Under the pieces are notes generated by a model. That model saw nothing but the letters and a program-made list of their open reading frames with translations. It was not told where the DNA came from and made no database searches. A DNA stretch of 64,000 nucleotides from an uncultured Candidatus Saccharibacteria bacterium (lineage in GTDB: Bacteria > Patescibacteriota > Minisyncoccia > Phycocordibacterales > UBA12088), in NCBI GenBank assembly GCA_964531785.1, contig CAZHFF010000003.1, forward strand, positions 26,764 to 90,763, given 5' to 3'. A program made the position numbers and the translations under genes. Position 1 is the stretch's first letter. Every line of letters begins with the position of its first letter. This document shows, piece after piece, positions 9,036 through 18,501 of this stretch.

Positions 9036-10049
9036 ATGACGCTGTTCTCGCCTAAGCTCGGTATCGACCTCGGGACTACCACGACCTTGGTATACGTGCC
9101 CGGGCGGGGCATCGTCCTCAACGAACCCTCGGTCGTCGCGATCTCCGTGGCCGACAAGCGCATTATGGCGGTCGGGCTCGAGGCAAAGGAAATGGTCGGG
9201 CGGACACCAGATTCGATCGTTGCGTATCGCCCGATGAAGGACGGGGTCATTGCCGACTATCGGGTGACCGAGGCGATGCTCTCCTACTACATGAAAAAAG
9301 CACTTGGGCGCTTTAGGCTCTTTAAGCCCGACGTCATGGTTTCGGTCCCGGCCGGCGTCACGTCGACCGAACGCCGCGCGGTCGTTGAGGCGGCGATAAA
9401 GGCGGGGGCAAAGAACGCATACGTGGTCAAGGAACCGGTCCTAGCAGCGATCGGCGCAGGCATACCGATCCATGAACCGCGCGGTCATATCATCGCCGAC
9501 ATCGGGGGCGGCACGATCGACGTCGCGGTCATCTCGCTCGGTGGCATCGTCGCTTCGACGAGTGTCAAGTGCGCAGGCAATCGTCTTGACCGGGCGATCC
9601 AGGATTACGTCAAAAAGACGTACAACCTCGCGATAGGCGAGAAGAGCGCAGAAAATCTTAAGATAGCGATCGGTTCGGCCCTGCCGCTCGAAGAAGAGCT
9701 GACCGCAGAGGTCAAGGGTCGTGACCTGGTCTCGGGGCTGCCGAAGATACAGGAGCTCAGCACGAACGAGATCGTCAAAGCCATACAGAAGGAGCTGCGT
9801 GAGATAGCCGAAGCGATCAAGTATGTGCTCCAGGAGACCCCGCCGGAACTATCTGCCGACATCATGGACAAGGGTATCATCCTGACCGGTGGCACCTCGC
9901 AGCTCAGGAACCTGGCAGAGCTCATCTTCCGAAGGACGGGCGTACGTGCGGTCCTTGCTGACCATGCACCCCTGTGCGTTGCTCGCGGAACCGGTATCGC
10001 GCTCTCGCACCTCGACACCTACAAGCGAAGCATGCTCTCGAAGCGATAG
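9036..10049 (+). CDS. mreB: rod-shape-determining actin homolog MreB
   Basis: GIDLGTTTTLVYV...NEPSVVA, VPAGVTSTERRAV, DIGGGTIDVAV and ILTGGTSQL. Extended -10 TGGTATACT (9019-9027) plus 8 nt plus ATG. Confidence 0.9.
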   Translation: MTLFSPKLGIDLGTTTTLVYVPGRGIVLNEPSVVAISVADKRIMAVGLEAKEMVGRTPDSIVAYRPMKDGVIADYRVTEAMLSYYMKKALGRFRLFKPDVMVSVPAGVTSTERRAVVEAAIKAGAKNAYVVKEPVLAAIGAGIPIHEPRGHIIADIGGGTIDVAVISLGGIVASTSVKCAGNRLDRAIQDYVKKTYNLAIGEKSAENLKIAIGSALPLEEELTAEVKGRDLVSGLPKIQELSTNEIVKAIQKELREIAEAIKYVLQETPPELSADIMDKGIILTGGTSQLRNLAELIFRRTGVRAVLADHAPLCVARGTGIALSHLDTYKRSMLSKR

Positions 10050-10075
10050 GGTCACCATGGTTTGAAGCCGGTCGC

Positions 10076-10729
10076 ATGAGGTTCATGAACACGCATATGA
10101 AAGAGTTCGCGGGCGGGGTGCTTCTCCTCGTGCTTTTCGCGGTGTCGCTTTTTGAGGCGAACCGGTTCGAGGAGTATGCGAGTTCCATCAGTGCGCTCAC
10201 GGGCTTGCCGGGCATGGTTGCGTACGTGTTGCTTGCGTTCGTCGCGACCGTTATCGCGCCGCTCTCGGCCATGCCGCTCTTGCCGCTCGCGAGCAGTCTC
10301 TGGGGTCCGCTTCTGACCGCACTCCTGTCGATCGTGGCCTGGACACTCGGCTCGATCGTCGCGTTCGTGCTCGCTCGTTCCTTGGCACGACCGTTCGTGG
10401 TGCGTTTCGTCGATCTTGCCTATGCTGAAAAAGTCACCGCAGGTCTCATGGGGGAGGCGACCTTCCTCCGGCTCGTGCTCCTCCGCATGATCGTTCCGGT
10501 TGACGTGCTCTCGTACGCGATCGGGCTCTTGGTCCCCATTTCGCTCGCTCGCTACACGCTCGCGACCGCAATAGGAGTGACGCCGTTCGCGTTCCTCTTT
10601 TCGTATGCGCACGTATTGCCGACCTGGCTCCAGGTCGCGAGCATAGGGGGTGCGTTCGTGGGTCTCCTATTGCTCTATCTGCGCACAGCAGCACGTCGGT
10701 CGCTATCGTCCGCTTCGAACACGATATAA
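10076..10729 (+). CDS. TVP38/TMEM64 (DedA-related) family membrane protein
   Basis: Polytopic hydrophobic protein with an ARPFV...VPVDVLSYAIGL pattern. Confidence 0.55.
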   Translation: MRFMNTHMKEFAGGVLLLVLFAVSLFEANRFEEYASSISALTGLPGMVAYVLLAFVATVIAPLSAMPLLPLASSLWGPLLTALLSIVAWTLGSIVAFVLARSLARPFVVRFVDLAYAEKVTAGLMGEATFLRLVLLRMIVPVDVLSYAIGLLVPISLARYTLATAIGVTPFAFLFSYAHVLPTWLQVASIGGAFVGLLLLYLRTAARRSLSSASNTI

Positions 10730-10792
10730 GCTGTCCACCGAACCGTTCCTCCCCCACGCTACATTTTGCAGCGTGGTTGCTATACTGTATGT

Positions 10793-13570
10793 ATGCCAGG
10801 TTCATTTTCCGAGACGCCCGCAACGCCTTTCCGCGGGGACCGCAGGTTCACCTCACCAGAAGAGGAGCTCCAGTACCTGCGTGCACAGGTCGCTGAGAAA
10901 GAGCGTCAACTCACGGAGCTCGGGCATCGGCCGGAGCGCGAGGCACTGGTCCATGATGAGCTCGTTCGATACCGGGAGCGTCCCCAGGCCGAGGTGCTCC
11001 ATGAGTCACACCAGCTCACCGACAGCGAGATCCGCGCGATCGTTCTCGATCTGCCACCCGATAAGGATGATGCGGTCATGGCGGAACTCTTGGGCGTCGT
11101 GACGGAGAAGGGTGTACGCAATGCGATCGCGGTCGCCGAGCGTCTCAATAATCCACACCTCGAGGATGACTTCCATCGGGTGCTCGTGCAGTACGTGGCG
11201 CGGGGCTATCCGGCACCGGACCTTGCTGAAAAGGCACCGCTCTTCAACGCGCTCCACATGACCCTGTTCGAGGTGACCTTGCCTGAAAAGACCGGGAGCC
11301 AGGAGGAGCGTCCGCTCAAGGAGGTGATCAGCGCTATGGAGCAGTTCTACCTCGGCATGTTCTCGATCGATGCCGAGTTCCAGGTCAAGGGCCACAAGCA
11401 CTTCGCGCTCGAGGTCGCGGTTTCCGGTGAACGCGAGGACATAGTCTTCTACCTCGCAGTACCGACCGATAAGACGGACCTGTTCGAGAAACAACTGCTC
11501 TCGGTCTTCCCAAAGGCGCGGGCACATGCGGTCGCTGAGGACTACAACATATTCCTTGAGGACGGCGAGACCGCCGTAGCGTATGCGGCGCTCAAGGAGG
11601 ATCCCATCCTTCCGCTCAAAGATTACCGTGAGTTCGATCACGACCCGCTCGCCGTTCTCATCAACACGTTCACCAAGCTTGCGCCGGTCGGCGAAGGAGC
11701 GGCGGTCCAGTACGTCGTAAACCCGACCGGTACGGATACGGTCAGGCGTTACCGGCGCGTGCTCGAGAAGCTCGAGAAGGGTATGAAGCTGCGCGACGCG
11801 CTCCGCGAGGTCCCGGAGACGATGACCGGCGAAGTAGTGAAGCTCTTCCGCGAGCTTGCATGGAACACAAAGAAGCAAGACGATACGGATGCTGCGAAGT
11901 ACGTGGACCAGGGGCTTGTCGAGGAGGTGCGCAAGAAAATGGAAACACCGGTCGCCCTCGTCAACATCCGCCTCGTTGCAAGCGCGCGGACGCCGGGCAG
12001 AGCGGACGCTATTTTGAACGACATCATCAGCTCGTTCAACCAGTTCTACAATACGCGGGGGAATCGATTGCGGTTCGAACGACCGAAGGGAAGTTCGATG
12101 CTCGAGCGGACACGACGGTTCTCGTTCCGGCATTTCGAGCCGAAGAGCGCGCTTCCGCTTTCCGTGCGCGAGCTCACGACACTTATGCATTTCCCGACCC
12201 ACGCGGTCGCCGCGACTCCGCAGCTTCGGACCGTACGCGCGGCACTTGCGCCTGTCCCTATCGGCATGCCGACGTCTGGCACGAAGGTCGGGATCAACAG
12301 CTATCGGGGCGTCGACACCGACATATTTCTCACCGACGAAGACCGGGTGCGTCACCTGTATGTCATCGGTCAGACGGGCACCGGTAAGTCCGGTTTCCTG
12401 CGCACGCTCATCAAGCAGGACATGGACCGTGGTGCCGGGCTCTGTTTCATCGATCCGCACGGCTCCGACGTGGAGGAGATCCTCGAGAACGTACCGCCGG
12501 AGCGCATGCGGGACGTGATCTATTTCGATCCGTCCGACACTGAACATGTCCTCGGCCTTAATATGCTCGAGTACGATCCAAAGAAGCCCGAACAGAAGAC
12601 CTTTGTCATCAATGAGCTGTTCTCCATATTCAAGAAGCTGTATAGCAATAGTCCTGAGAGCATGGGACCCGCGTTCGAGCAGTACTTTAGGAATGCGACC
12701 GCGCTTGTCATGGAGGATCCGGCAACCGGTAACACCATGCTCGACATTTCACGGGTGCTCGCCGATGCGCGCTACCGAGAGCTCAAGCTCACGCGGAGCA
12801 GGAACCCGATCGTGAATCAGTTCTGGCGCGAGATCGCGACCAAAGCACAGGGCGAGGCATCGCTCGCGAACATCGTCCCGTACATCACCAACAAGTTCGA
12901 CATCTTCACCGCGAACGACATCATGCGGCCGATCATCGCCCAGCAGAAGAGCGCGATACGCATGCGTGAGATCATGGACACACGCAAGATACTCCTGGTG
13001 AATCTGGCCAAGGGTAAGCTCGGCGACATCAATGCGAACCTGCTCGGCATGGTCCTTGTCGGCAAGATACTCATGGCCGCGCTCTCACGCGTCGATTCGC
13101 TCGGCAGCGATCTGCCGCAGTTCTACCTCTATATCGATGAGTTCCAGAACATAACCACCAACTCCATAAGCGCCATACTCTCTGAGGCGCGCAAGTACAA
13201 GCTATCGCTCAACATAGCGCACCAGTTCATCGCCCAGCTCGACGAGGGCATACGCGATGCGGTGTTCGGGAACGTCGGCAGTATGGCGGTCTTTCGTGTG
13301 GGGTATGAGGACGCGGAGTACCTCGAAAATCAGTTCAAGCCGATCTTTGAAACCCAGGACATCATGAACATCGAGAACCGCCATGCGTACGTGCGTCTCC
13401 TAGCGCGTGGCGTGCCCCAGCGTCCGTTCTCGATCAAGACCCTCAACTTCCCGAAGGGCAGTACCGAACGCGCGCTCGAGGTAAAGAACCTGTCTGCCCA
13501 GGTGTTCGGTCGTCCGCATGCGGAAGTCGAACGAGAGATCAACATGCGCTACGGGCTGGCGAGCCAATGA
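10793..13570 (+). CDS. TraD/VirD4-like (type IV coupling-protein-like) P-loop ATPase with DUF8128-like N-terminal module
   Basis: Walker A is GQTGTGKS (~12368-12391). Walker B-like is FYLYIDEFQN, followed by SEARKYKLSLNIAHQ. TATACT (10781-10786) plus 6 nt plus ATG at 10793. Confidence 0.75.
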   Translation: MPGSFSETPATPFRGDRRFTSPEEELQYLRAQVAEKERQLTELGHRPEREALVHDELVRYRERPQAEVLHESHQLTDSEIRAIVLDLPPDKDDAVMAELLGVVTEKGVRNAIAVAERLNNPHLEDDFHRVLVQYVARGYPAPDLAEKAPLFNALHMTLFEVTLPEKTGSQEERPLKEVISAMEQFYLGMFSIDAEFQVKGHKHFALEVAVSGEREDIVFYLAVPTDKTDLFEKQLLSVFPKARAHAVAEDYNIFLEDGETAVAYAALKEDPILPLKDYREFDHDPLAVLINTFTKLAPVGEGAAVQYVVNPTGTDTVRRYRRVLEKLEKGMKLRDALREVPETMTGEVVKLFRELAWNTKKQDDTDAAKYVDQGLVEEVRKKMETPVALVNIRLVASARTPGRADAILNDIISSFNQFYNTRGNRLRFERPKGSSMLERTRRFSFRHFEPKSALPLSVRELTTLMHFPTHAVAATPQLRTVRAALAPVPIGMPTSGTKVGINSYRGVDTDIFLTDEDRVRHLYVIGQTGTGKSGFLRTLIKQDMDRGAGLCFIDPHGSDVEEILENVPPERMRDVIYFDPSDTEHVLGLNMLEYDPKKPEQKTFVINELFSIFKKLYSNSPESMGPAFEQYFRNATALVMEDPATGNTMLDISRVLADARYRELKLTRSRNPIVNQFWREIATKAQGEASLANIVPYITNKFDIFTANDIMRPIIAQQKSAIRMREIMDTRKILLVNLAKGKLGDINANLLGMVLVGKILMAALSRVDSLGSDLPQFYLYIDEFQNITTNSISAILSEARKYKLSLNIAHQFIAQLDEGIRDAVFGNVGSMAVFRVGYEDAEYLENQFKPIFETQDIMNIENRHAYVRLLARGVPQRPFSIKTLNFPKGSTERALEVKNLSAQVFGRPHAEVEREINMRYGLASQ

Positions 13571-13678
13571 CCGCAAGCCATATGCGCACACCTCGCGCTG
13601 ACCTCGGGATAACCCGCTTTCATAACTGGTGAGCTGTCGTACACTACTACTAAGCTCCTTACCATAAGTGCATCGACC

Positions 13679-15016
13679 ATGCGTTCTTTGAACAAGTACG
13701 TACCGTACATCGTCCTCGTCACCATAGCACTGATCCTCTCGCTGGCGACGCACCAGTTCGCGTGGCTCGCGAGCATGTTCCATCACGGTGCCGAGGGCTT
13801 CTACCTCGCCCTGGCGCTTCTTTTTGCGGTCGGCTACGGATTGAACTACTTCTCGCCGAAGACCAGTGTACCCTCGTTCGTGTGGGCCATATTCTTCGGT
13901 ATGGCGCTCCAGATACCGCTCCTCAAGTTGACCGCGGACAAAGATGCGCTCCTTGTTGTGGTGGAGCTCCTAGCCGCGTTCGTGCTCTTTGCGGGCGGTG
14001 TCGAGGTGCCGGTCAAGAACTTTAAGAAGTACTTCGCCCCGATCGCCGCGCTCTCCGTCCTGGGTACCGTCATTACCGTGGTGCTGTTCGCGTACACGCT
14101 TGCCGGCCTGGTCGGGGTGTTTGACCTCAACGTGCCGGTCATGGCGCTCCTCGTGCTTGCTGCTATCCTTGCCTCGATCGATCCGACCGCTATCATTCCG
14201 ACACTGGGCCACCTCCACTTCAGAAAGCCGTTCCTTCGAGATATTGCCATCGCGGAGAGCGCAGTGAACGACGTCGTGGGAACGGTGATCACTCGTTTCT
14301 TCCTGGTTGCCGCGCTTTCGACCGCGAGCGCGGTCCTGGTCGTTTCGGACGGGTTGCGGCCGCTCTTCACGAGAAGCGTGCTCGATTCGTTCGCGCTCGA
14401 AGTCGTCTGGGGTGTTTTGGTCGGTCTCATCGGTGCCTGGGTCCTGCTCACGTGGGGTGAAAGCGTGCGCAAGACGCACTGGAGCGACCCCGCGCTCTTC
14501 TTTGCGGTGCCGATCTTCACGTTCGCGATGGGTTCGGTCGTCGGTGGCTCAGGGTTCCTTGCCGCATTCGTTGCAGGACTCCTGTTCGAGTCGACCGGAG
14601 ACACCAAAGCCGTACGGGTTTTCTTTGAACGCTTCGTGGATAATTTCATCAAGCCGATCATCTTCCTGCTTCTGGGTGCGCTCGTGCCTATGGGTCTGTT
14701 GATATCGACCATACCGATCGGATTCGCGGCCGCGATCATCTTCATGTTCGTCATCCGACCGTTCGTGGTCTTCTCGACCCTGGTGCCGTGGATGCTCGCG
14801 AAGCGCTCGCTCATTGACTGGCGCGAAGCCCTCTTCCTTTCGTTCATACGAGAAACGGGAGCTATCCCAGCGATCCTTATCCTTGCTGCGGTCGCGGCAG
14901 GTCTTGTTGGCGCTGACTTCGTGTTCGCTATCGGTATGTGGGTGATACTGCTCACGCTCCTCATAGAACCGCCTTTGACGCCGCTCGTGGCGAAGCGTCT
15001 TGAAGTTGCAAAGTAA
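13679..15016 (+). CDS. cation:proton antiporter (Na+/H+ exchanger family)
   Basis: About 12 hydrophobic segments and AESAVNDVVG (compare the ESLLND motif of CPA1). Confidence 0.75.
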   Translation: MRSLNKYVPYIVLVTIALILSLATHQFAWLASMFHHGAEGFYLALALLFAVGYGLNYFSPKTSVPSFVWAIFFGMALQIPLLKLTADKDALLVVVELLAAFVLFAGGVEVPVKNFKKYFAPIAALSVLGTVITVVLFAYTLAGLVGVFDLNVPVMALLVLAAILASIDPTAIIPTLGHLHFRKPFLRDIAIAESAVNDVVGTVITRFFLVAALSTASAVLVVSDGLRPLFTRSVLDSFALEVVWGVLVGLIGAWVLLTWGESVRKTHWSDPALFFAVPIFTFAMGSVVGGSGFLAAFVAGLLFESTGDTKAVRVFFERFVDNFIKPIIFLLLGALVPMGLLISTIPIGFAAAIIFMFVIRPFVVFSTLVPWMLAKRSLIDWREALFLSFIRETGAIPAILILAAVAAGLVGADFVFAIGMWVILLTLLIEPPLTPLVAKRLEVAK

Positions 15017-15168
15017 GGTCACAGGCGAATGTTCAAAGAAAGGGAACGGACCGTTCTGACGAACAGGGCCCGGCGGGCACTTCGATCTGCACCTCCCATG
15101 CACGTGTTTTTGTGGGGTACATGGAGGAGTGTACCTGAAGAAAGAGCACGACTGCCCGTTCGGATACA

Positions 15169-15198
15169 TTGACAATATAGCTAAATAAGTGCTATAAT
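15169..15198 (+). promoter_or_regulatory. consensus sigma70 promoter (TTGACA, 18 nt spacer, TATAAT)
   Basis: TTGACA at 15169-15174 and TATAAT at 15193-15198. The downstream SD GAAGGA precedes the ATG at 15233. Confidence 0.65.
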
Positions 15199-15232
15199 AT
15201 AAAAAGTAGTAGCACTGTGAAGGACACGATCC

Positions 15233-15673
15233 ATGAACCAGAGGTCATTGGTCCACCTGGCCGCGCTTGCAGGCATCGGCGTGGACTTTTTTATGCCACT
15301 GCTGTTCAGTGTGTGGTTTCCGCTTGCAATCTGGCAGCTTGGCAAAAAGAGCGAGGAGAACGACTGGCACGGACGTGAAGCCGTCAGATTCCAAGTGGTC
15401 ATGACCATCTATGCGGCCTCTTGTTTCGCGCTCATGTTCGTTGGGATTCTCAGTACGACCGGAACTATCCTGATGGTCGAAGATGTGCACTTGGGACAAC
15501 TCTTTGCACTGTCCGGCTGGTTCATCGTGCCGATGATCGGCATGGTTTCGGTAGCCGTACTGACCATCGTGCTGCCCATCGTTGCGGCAATTCGAGCTCA
15601 TGACGGGACACGCTACGTCTACCCGCTCGTCTTCTCGCCACGGCGCCGTGCACGCTGGGTCCCTGCGGACTGA
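15233..15673 (+). CDS. small membrane protein (DUF4870-like)
   Basis: Several TM helices and a HGREAVRFQ motif. The family assignment is from memory. Confidence 0.5.
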   Translation: MNQRSLVHLAALAGIGVDFFMPLLFSVWFPLAIWQLGKKSEENDWHGREAVRFQVVMTIYAASCFALMFVGILSTTGTILMVEDVHLGQLFALSGWFIVPMIGMVSVAVLTIVLPIVAAIRAHDGTRYVYPLVFSPRRRARWVPAD

Positions 15674-15736
15674 CCCTGCAATCACCCCGGAGCATTGTGC
15701 TTCGGGGTGTCCTGTACTCGCTACGCTCCTGTTGGG

Positions 15737-17233
15737 TTACGAGCCTTGCTCTCGCTCCTCTGTCCTTTGCGTCACGGCCGGTCCGTTCGGCGTGTCCTCG
15801 ATCGTGTAGCCGTGGGCAAGCACTTCCGCACGGAGACGGTCCGCGTCAGCATAGCGTTTCTCTTTGCGGGCTTGTTCGCGTGCCTCGACCGCTTCGCGCA
15901 CCTCTTTGGGTTGGTCGTTGTGACCCACGACTCGAAGCGTGATCTGTGACACAGCACCCTTCGTCAGCTCGAGCAGTCCCAGCCCGAGGAGCTTGTCGAA
16001 ATAGAGCAGGGTCGCTCGCTTGTCGCCCGGCGTAAGTGCGGTGCTCTTCACGACCGCGGCCAGAAGGGCCACGGCCTTCGGTGTATCAAGGTCATCATTG
16101 AGCGCGAGCACGAGCTGCTCCCGGTACGAGGGATCGATCGACCCGTTCTGATACTCCATGAGCTCCTCGACGAAAAGGCGATGGATACGCCGCAGCGCGG
16201 TCTCGGCTCCACTGAGCGCACCGAAACTGAACATGATAGGGCTTCGGTAGTGGCTGGTGAGGAGCCAGTAGCGGTAGCCGAGCGGATGACAGCCGTGCTC
16301 AACAAGTTGGCGCAAGCGTATCGCATTGCCTGCCGATTTTGCGATCCTGGCACCTTCGATCGAAAGGTGCTCGCTGTGGAGCCAGAAGCGCGCGAAGGGC
16401 TTCCCGGTCGCGGCCTCGCTCTGTGCTATTTCGTTGTTGTGATGCGTGCCGATGTGATCAACACCGCCAGTATGGATATCGAGCTCCTTGCCGAGATACT
16501 CCATACTCATTGCCGAGCACTCGATGTGCCAACCGGGGAACCCTTTCCCCCATGGGCTTTCCCACCCCAGGTCGTCGCCGCGCTTCCAGAGCGCGAAATC
16601 CGCCGGATGGCGTTTTTCCGGATTGGTCTCGACCCGTGCGCCCGGTTTTTGTGCGCTCGTGTCAATGCCGCCAAGCTTGCCGTAGCCGCTGAAGCGCGTC
16701 GTGTCGAAGTAGACACCGTCGCTCGTGCGGTATGCGTACTCCTTTTCTATGAGCGTACTGATGAGCGCGATCATGCCGTGAATGTGTTGGCTCGCTCGTG
16801 GCAGCTCACCGGGGCGTTTGATGAGGAGACTATCGAGGTCTTCGAGGAACGCCTCGGTGTAGCGGTCGGCAAGTGTCGTGAGGCCCTCGAGACTTATTGG
16901 CAGCCCCTCGCGCTTGAGGCCAACGGTCATCTTGTCTTCGCCCTGGTCTGCGTCCGACGTTAGGTGACCGACATCGGTGATGTTCATGACCTGCATGACC
17001 TTGTAGCCGTTCGCACGCAAGGTCCTGCGAAGAATGTCAACGAATACGTACGTGCGCAGGTTGCCGATATGGGCATAGTCATAGACCGTCGGTCCGCAGT
17101 TGTACATGCGGACGTAGTCGCTCTTCTGCGGGGTAAAGCGTTCCTTGGTACGGGTGAGCGTATTGTAGAGGTAGAGCGGCGGTCTGGCGCCTGCTGCGCC
17201 GTCCGCAGTACCGCCGAACATGAAGGGAAACAT
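15737..17233 (-). CDS. cysS: cysteine--tRNA ligase
   Basis: MYNCGPTVYDYAHIGNLRTY (HIGH), a class I core, and the KMSKS-equivalent AKSAGN. TATACT (17245-17240) plus 6 nt plus ATG. Confidence 0.9.
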   Translation of the reverse strand: MFPFMFGGTADGAAGARPPLYLYNTLTRTKERFTPQKSDYVRMYNCGPTVYDYAHIGNLRTYVFVDILRRTLRANGYKVMQVMNITDVGHLTSDADQGEDKMTVGLKREGLPISLEGLTTLADRYTEAFLEDLDSLLIKRPGELPRASQHIHGMIALISTLIEKEYAYRTSDGVYFDTTRFSGYGKLGGIDTSAQKPGARVETNPEKRHPADFALWKRGDDLGWESPWGKGFPGWHIECSAMSMEYLGKELDIHTGGVDHIGTHHNNEIAQSEAATGKPFARFWLHSEHLSIEGARIAKSAGNAIRLRQLVEHGCHPLGYRYWLLTSHYRSPIMFSFGALSGAETALRRIHRLFVEELMEYQNGSIDPSYREQLVLALNDDLDTPKAVALLAAVVKSTALTPGDKRATLLYFDKLLGLGLLELTKGAVSQITLRVVGHNDQPKEVREAVEAREQARKEKRYADADRLRAEVLAHGYTIEDTPNGPAVTQRTEEREQGS

Positions 17234-17464
17234 GAGGAAAGTATAAGGTAGAAAGTAGGAAGTAGGAAGTACAGACTAGTATGGGGGACGGGTATGAGCA
17301 CGAGGCAAAAAAAAGCACCAAAGTTACAAGTCACAAGTTCCAAATAGAGGATACATTCAAGCATGGCAAAGAAGGTAAACAACGCTCACCTTCTATGCTC
17401 GTTTGGTATGTAGTTTGGGAATTGGTACTTTTTGGAACTTGTAGTTTGTGATTTGTAATTTTGG

Positions 17465-18382
17465 TTACAACCACTTGCGGTGCTTGAAGTAGGCAAAGAA
17501 CGCGATGGTAGCAGCTGCCATGACCCCGACGATGATGTAAAAATCGTACGGGTGTCCGACGATGGGCAGGTATTCCGTGTTCATGCCGAAGAGCGAGGTA
17601 AAGAGCGAGAGCGGAAAGGTGACGAACGCCAGGATCGTGAACACCTTCATGACCTCGTTCTGTTTGCTCGTGAGCAACGAATCGTTGGTGGCGCGCAGTT
17701 CAAGGAGCGATGCGCGGTGACCCTGTATCGCACTGTCGAGTCGTTCATATTCACCTATCGCGCTTCTCAGGTACCGAGCGTATTCATAGCCGAAGAGAGC
17801 GACCCCCGGGCGCTCGGTGCTCTTCAGCATCTCGTAGTGCGACCGAAGCGCCTGGGTGAAGTTGAGAATGTCGCGAGCTATATGCGAGAGCTCGATGACC
17901 ATCTCTTTCTCATGCCCCAGGAAGATACGTTCCTCGGCTTCTTCAAGGCGGATGTTGAGATGTGACAGCTCGCTGCCAAGGCCCTGGTAGAGCTCCATGA
18001 GCATGAAATAGAACACAAAGCCCGCGTGCTCGCTCATGCGGCTCTTGTCGAGCACGGACTCCATCTCAAAGAGCGTACTGAACTGGAGCAGAGGGTCGAC
18101 TGCGGCGTAGCGGGTCGTGATGATCCAGCTGTCTCCTACGATGAAATCGAGCTCAAGCGTGCTGCCGGCCAGGCCGTGCATGTGCTTGAAGGTCGGGAAG
18201 TGAAGGACGACGTAGAAGTATCCGTCCCGCACCTCGACGTGGTTCTTGACCGACGGGACCAGGAGCTCATCCGCGACGAGCGGGTCGAGGTCATATTCAT
18301 CAACGAGCGAACGCACCTCCTCAGTCGTCGGTTTGCTGACATCGATCCACGTGACCGCGCCGTGTTTGTGCCGAGCGAGCAT
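17465..18382 (-). CDS. corA: magnesium/cobalt transporter CorA
   Basis: GMNTEYLP (the GMN motif) before the last TM helix. TATACT (18394-18389) plus 6 nt plus ATG. Confidence 0.9.
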   Translation of the reverse strand: MLARHKHGAVTWIDVSKPTTEEVRSLVDEYDLDPLVADELLVPSVKNHVEVRDGYFYVVLHFPTFKHMHGLAGSTLELDFIVGDSWIITTRYAAVDPLLQFSTLFEMESVLDKSRMSEHAGFVFYFMLMELYQGLGSELSHLNIRLEEAEERIFLGHEKEMVIELSHIARDILNFTQALRSHYEMLKSTERPGVALFGYEYARYLRSAIGEYERLDSAIQGHRASLLELRATNDSLLTSKQNEVMKVFTILAFVTFPLSLFTSLFGMNTEYLPIVGHPYDFYIIVGVMAAATIAFFAYFKHRKWL

Positions 18383-18501
18383 GTATCCAGTATAGCAACC
18401 CGCGAGCGAGAAACGAGCACTCCGGAGCGCGAACCGTGGAGATCGTTCGCGTGCAGTCCCGTGCGCTTCTCAAGGCCCCTTCGTCTTGGTACGATGGTGG
18501 T

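Noticed and set aside
11006-12547. 513-aa ORF antisense to the TraD-like ATPase
   Set aside because: Shadow ORF. The sense strand carries Walker A and B motifs, and the antisense translation has no motifs.
13846-14964. 372-aa ORF antisense to the antiporter
   Set aside because: Shadow ORF. The sense strand encodes a coherent polytopic membrane protein.
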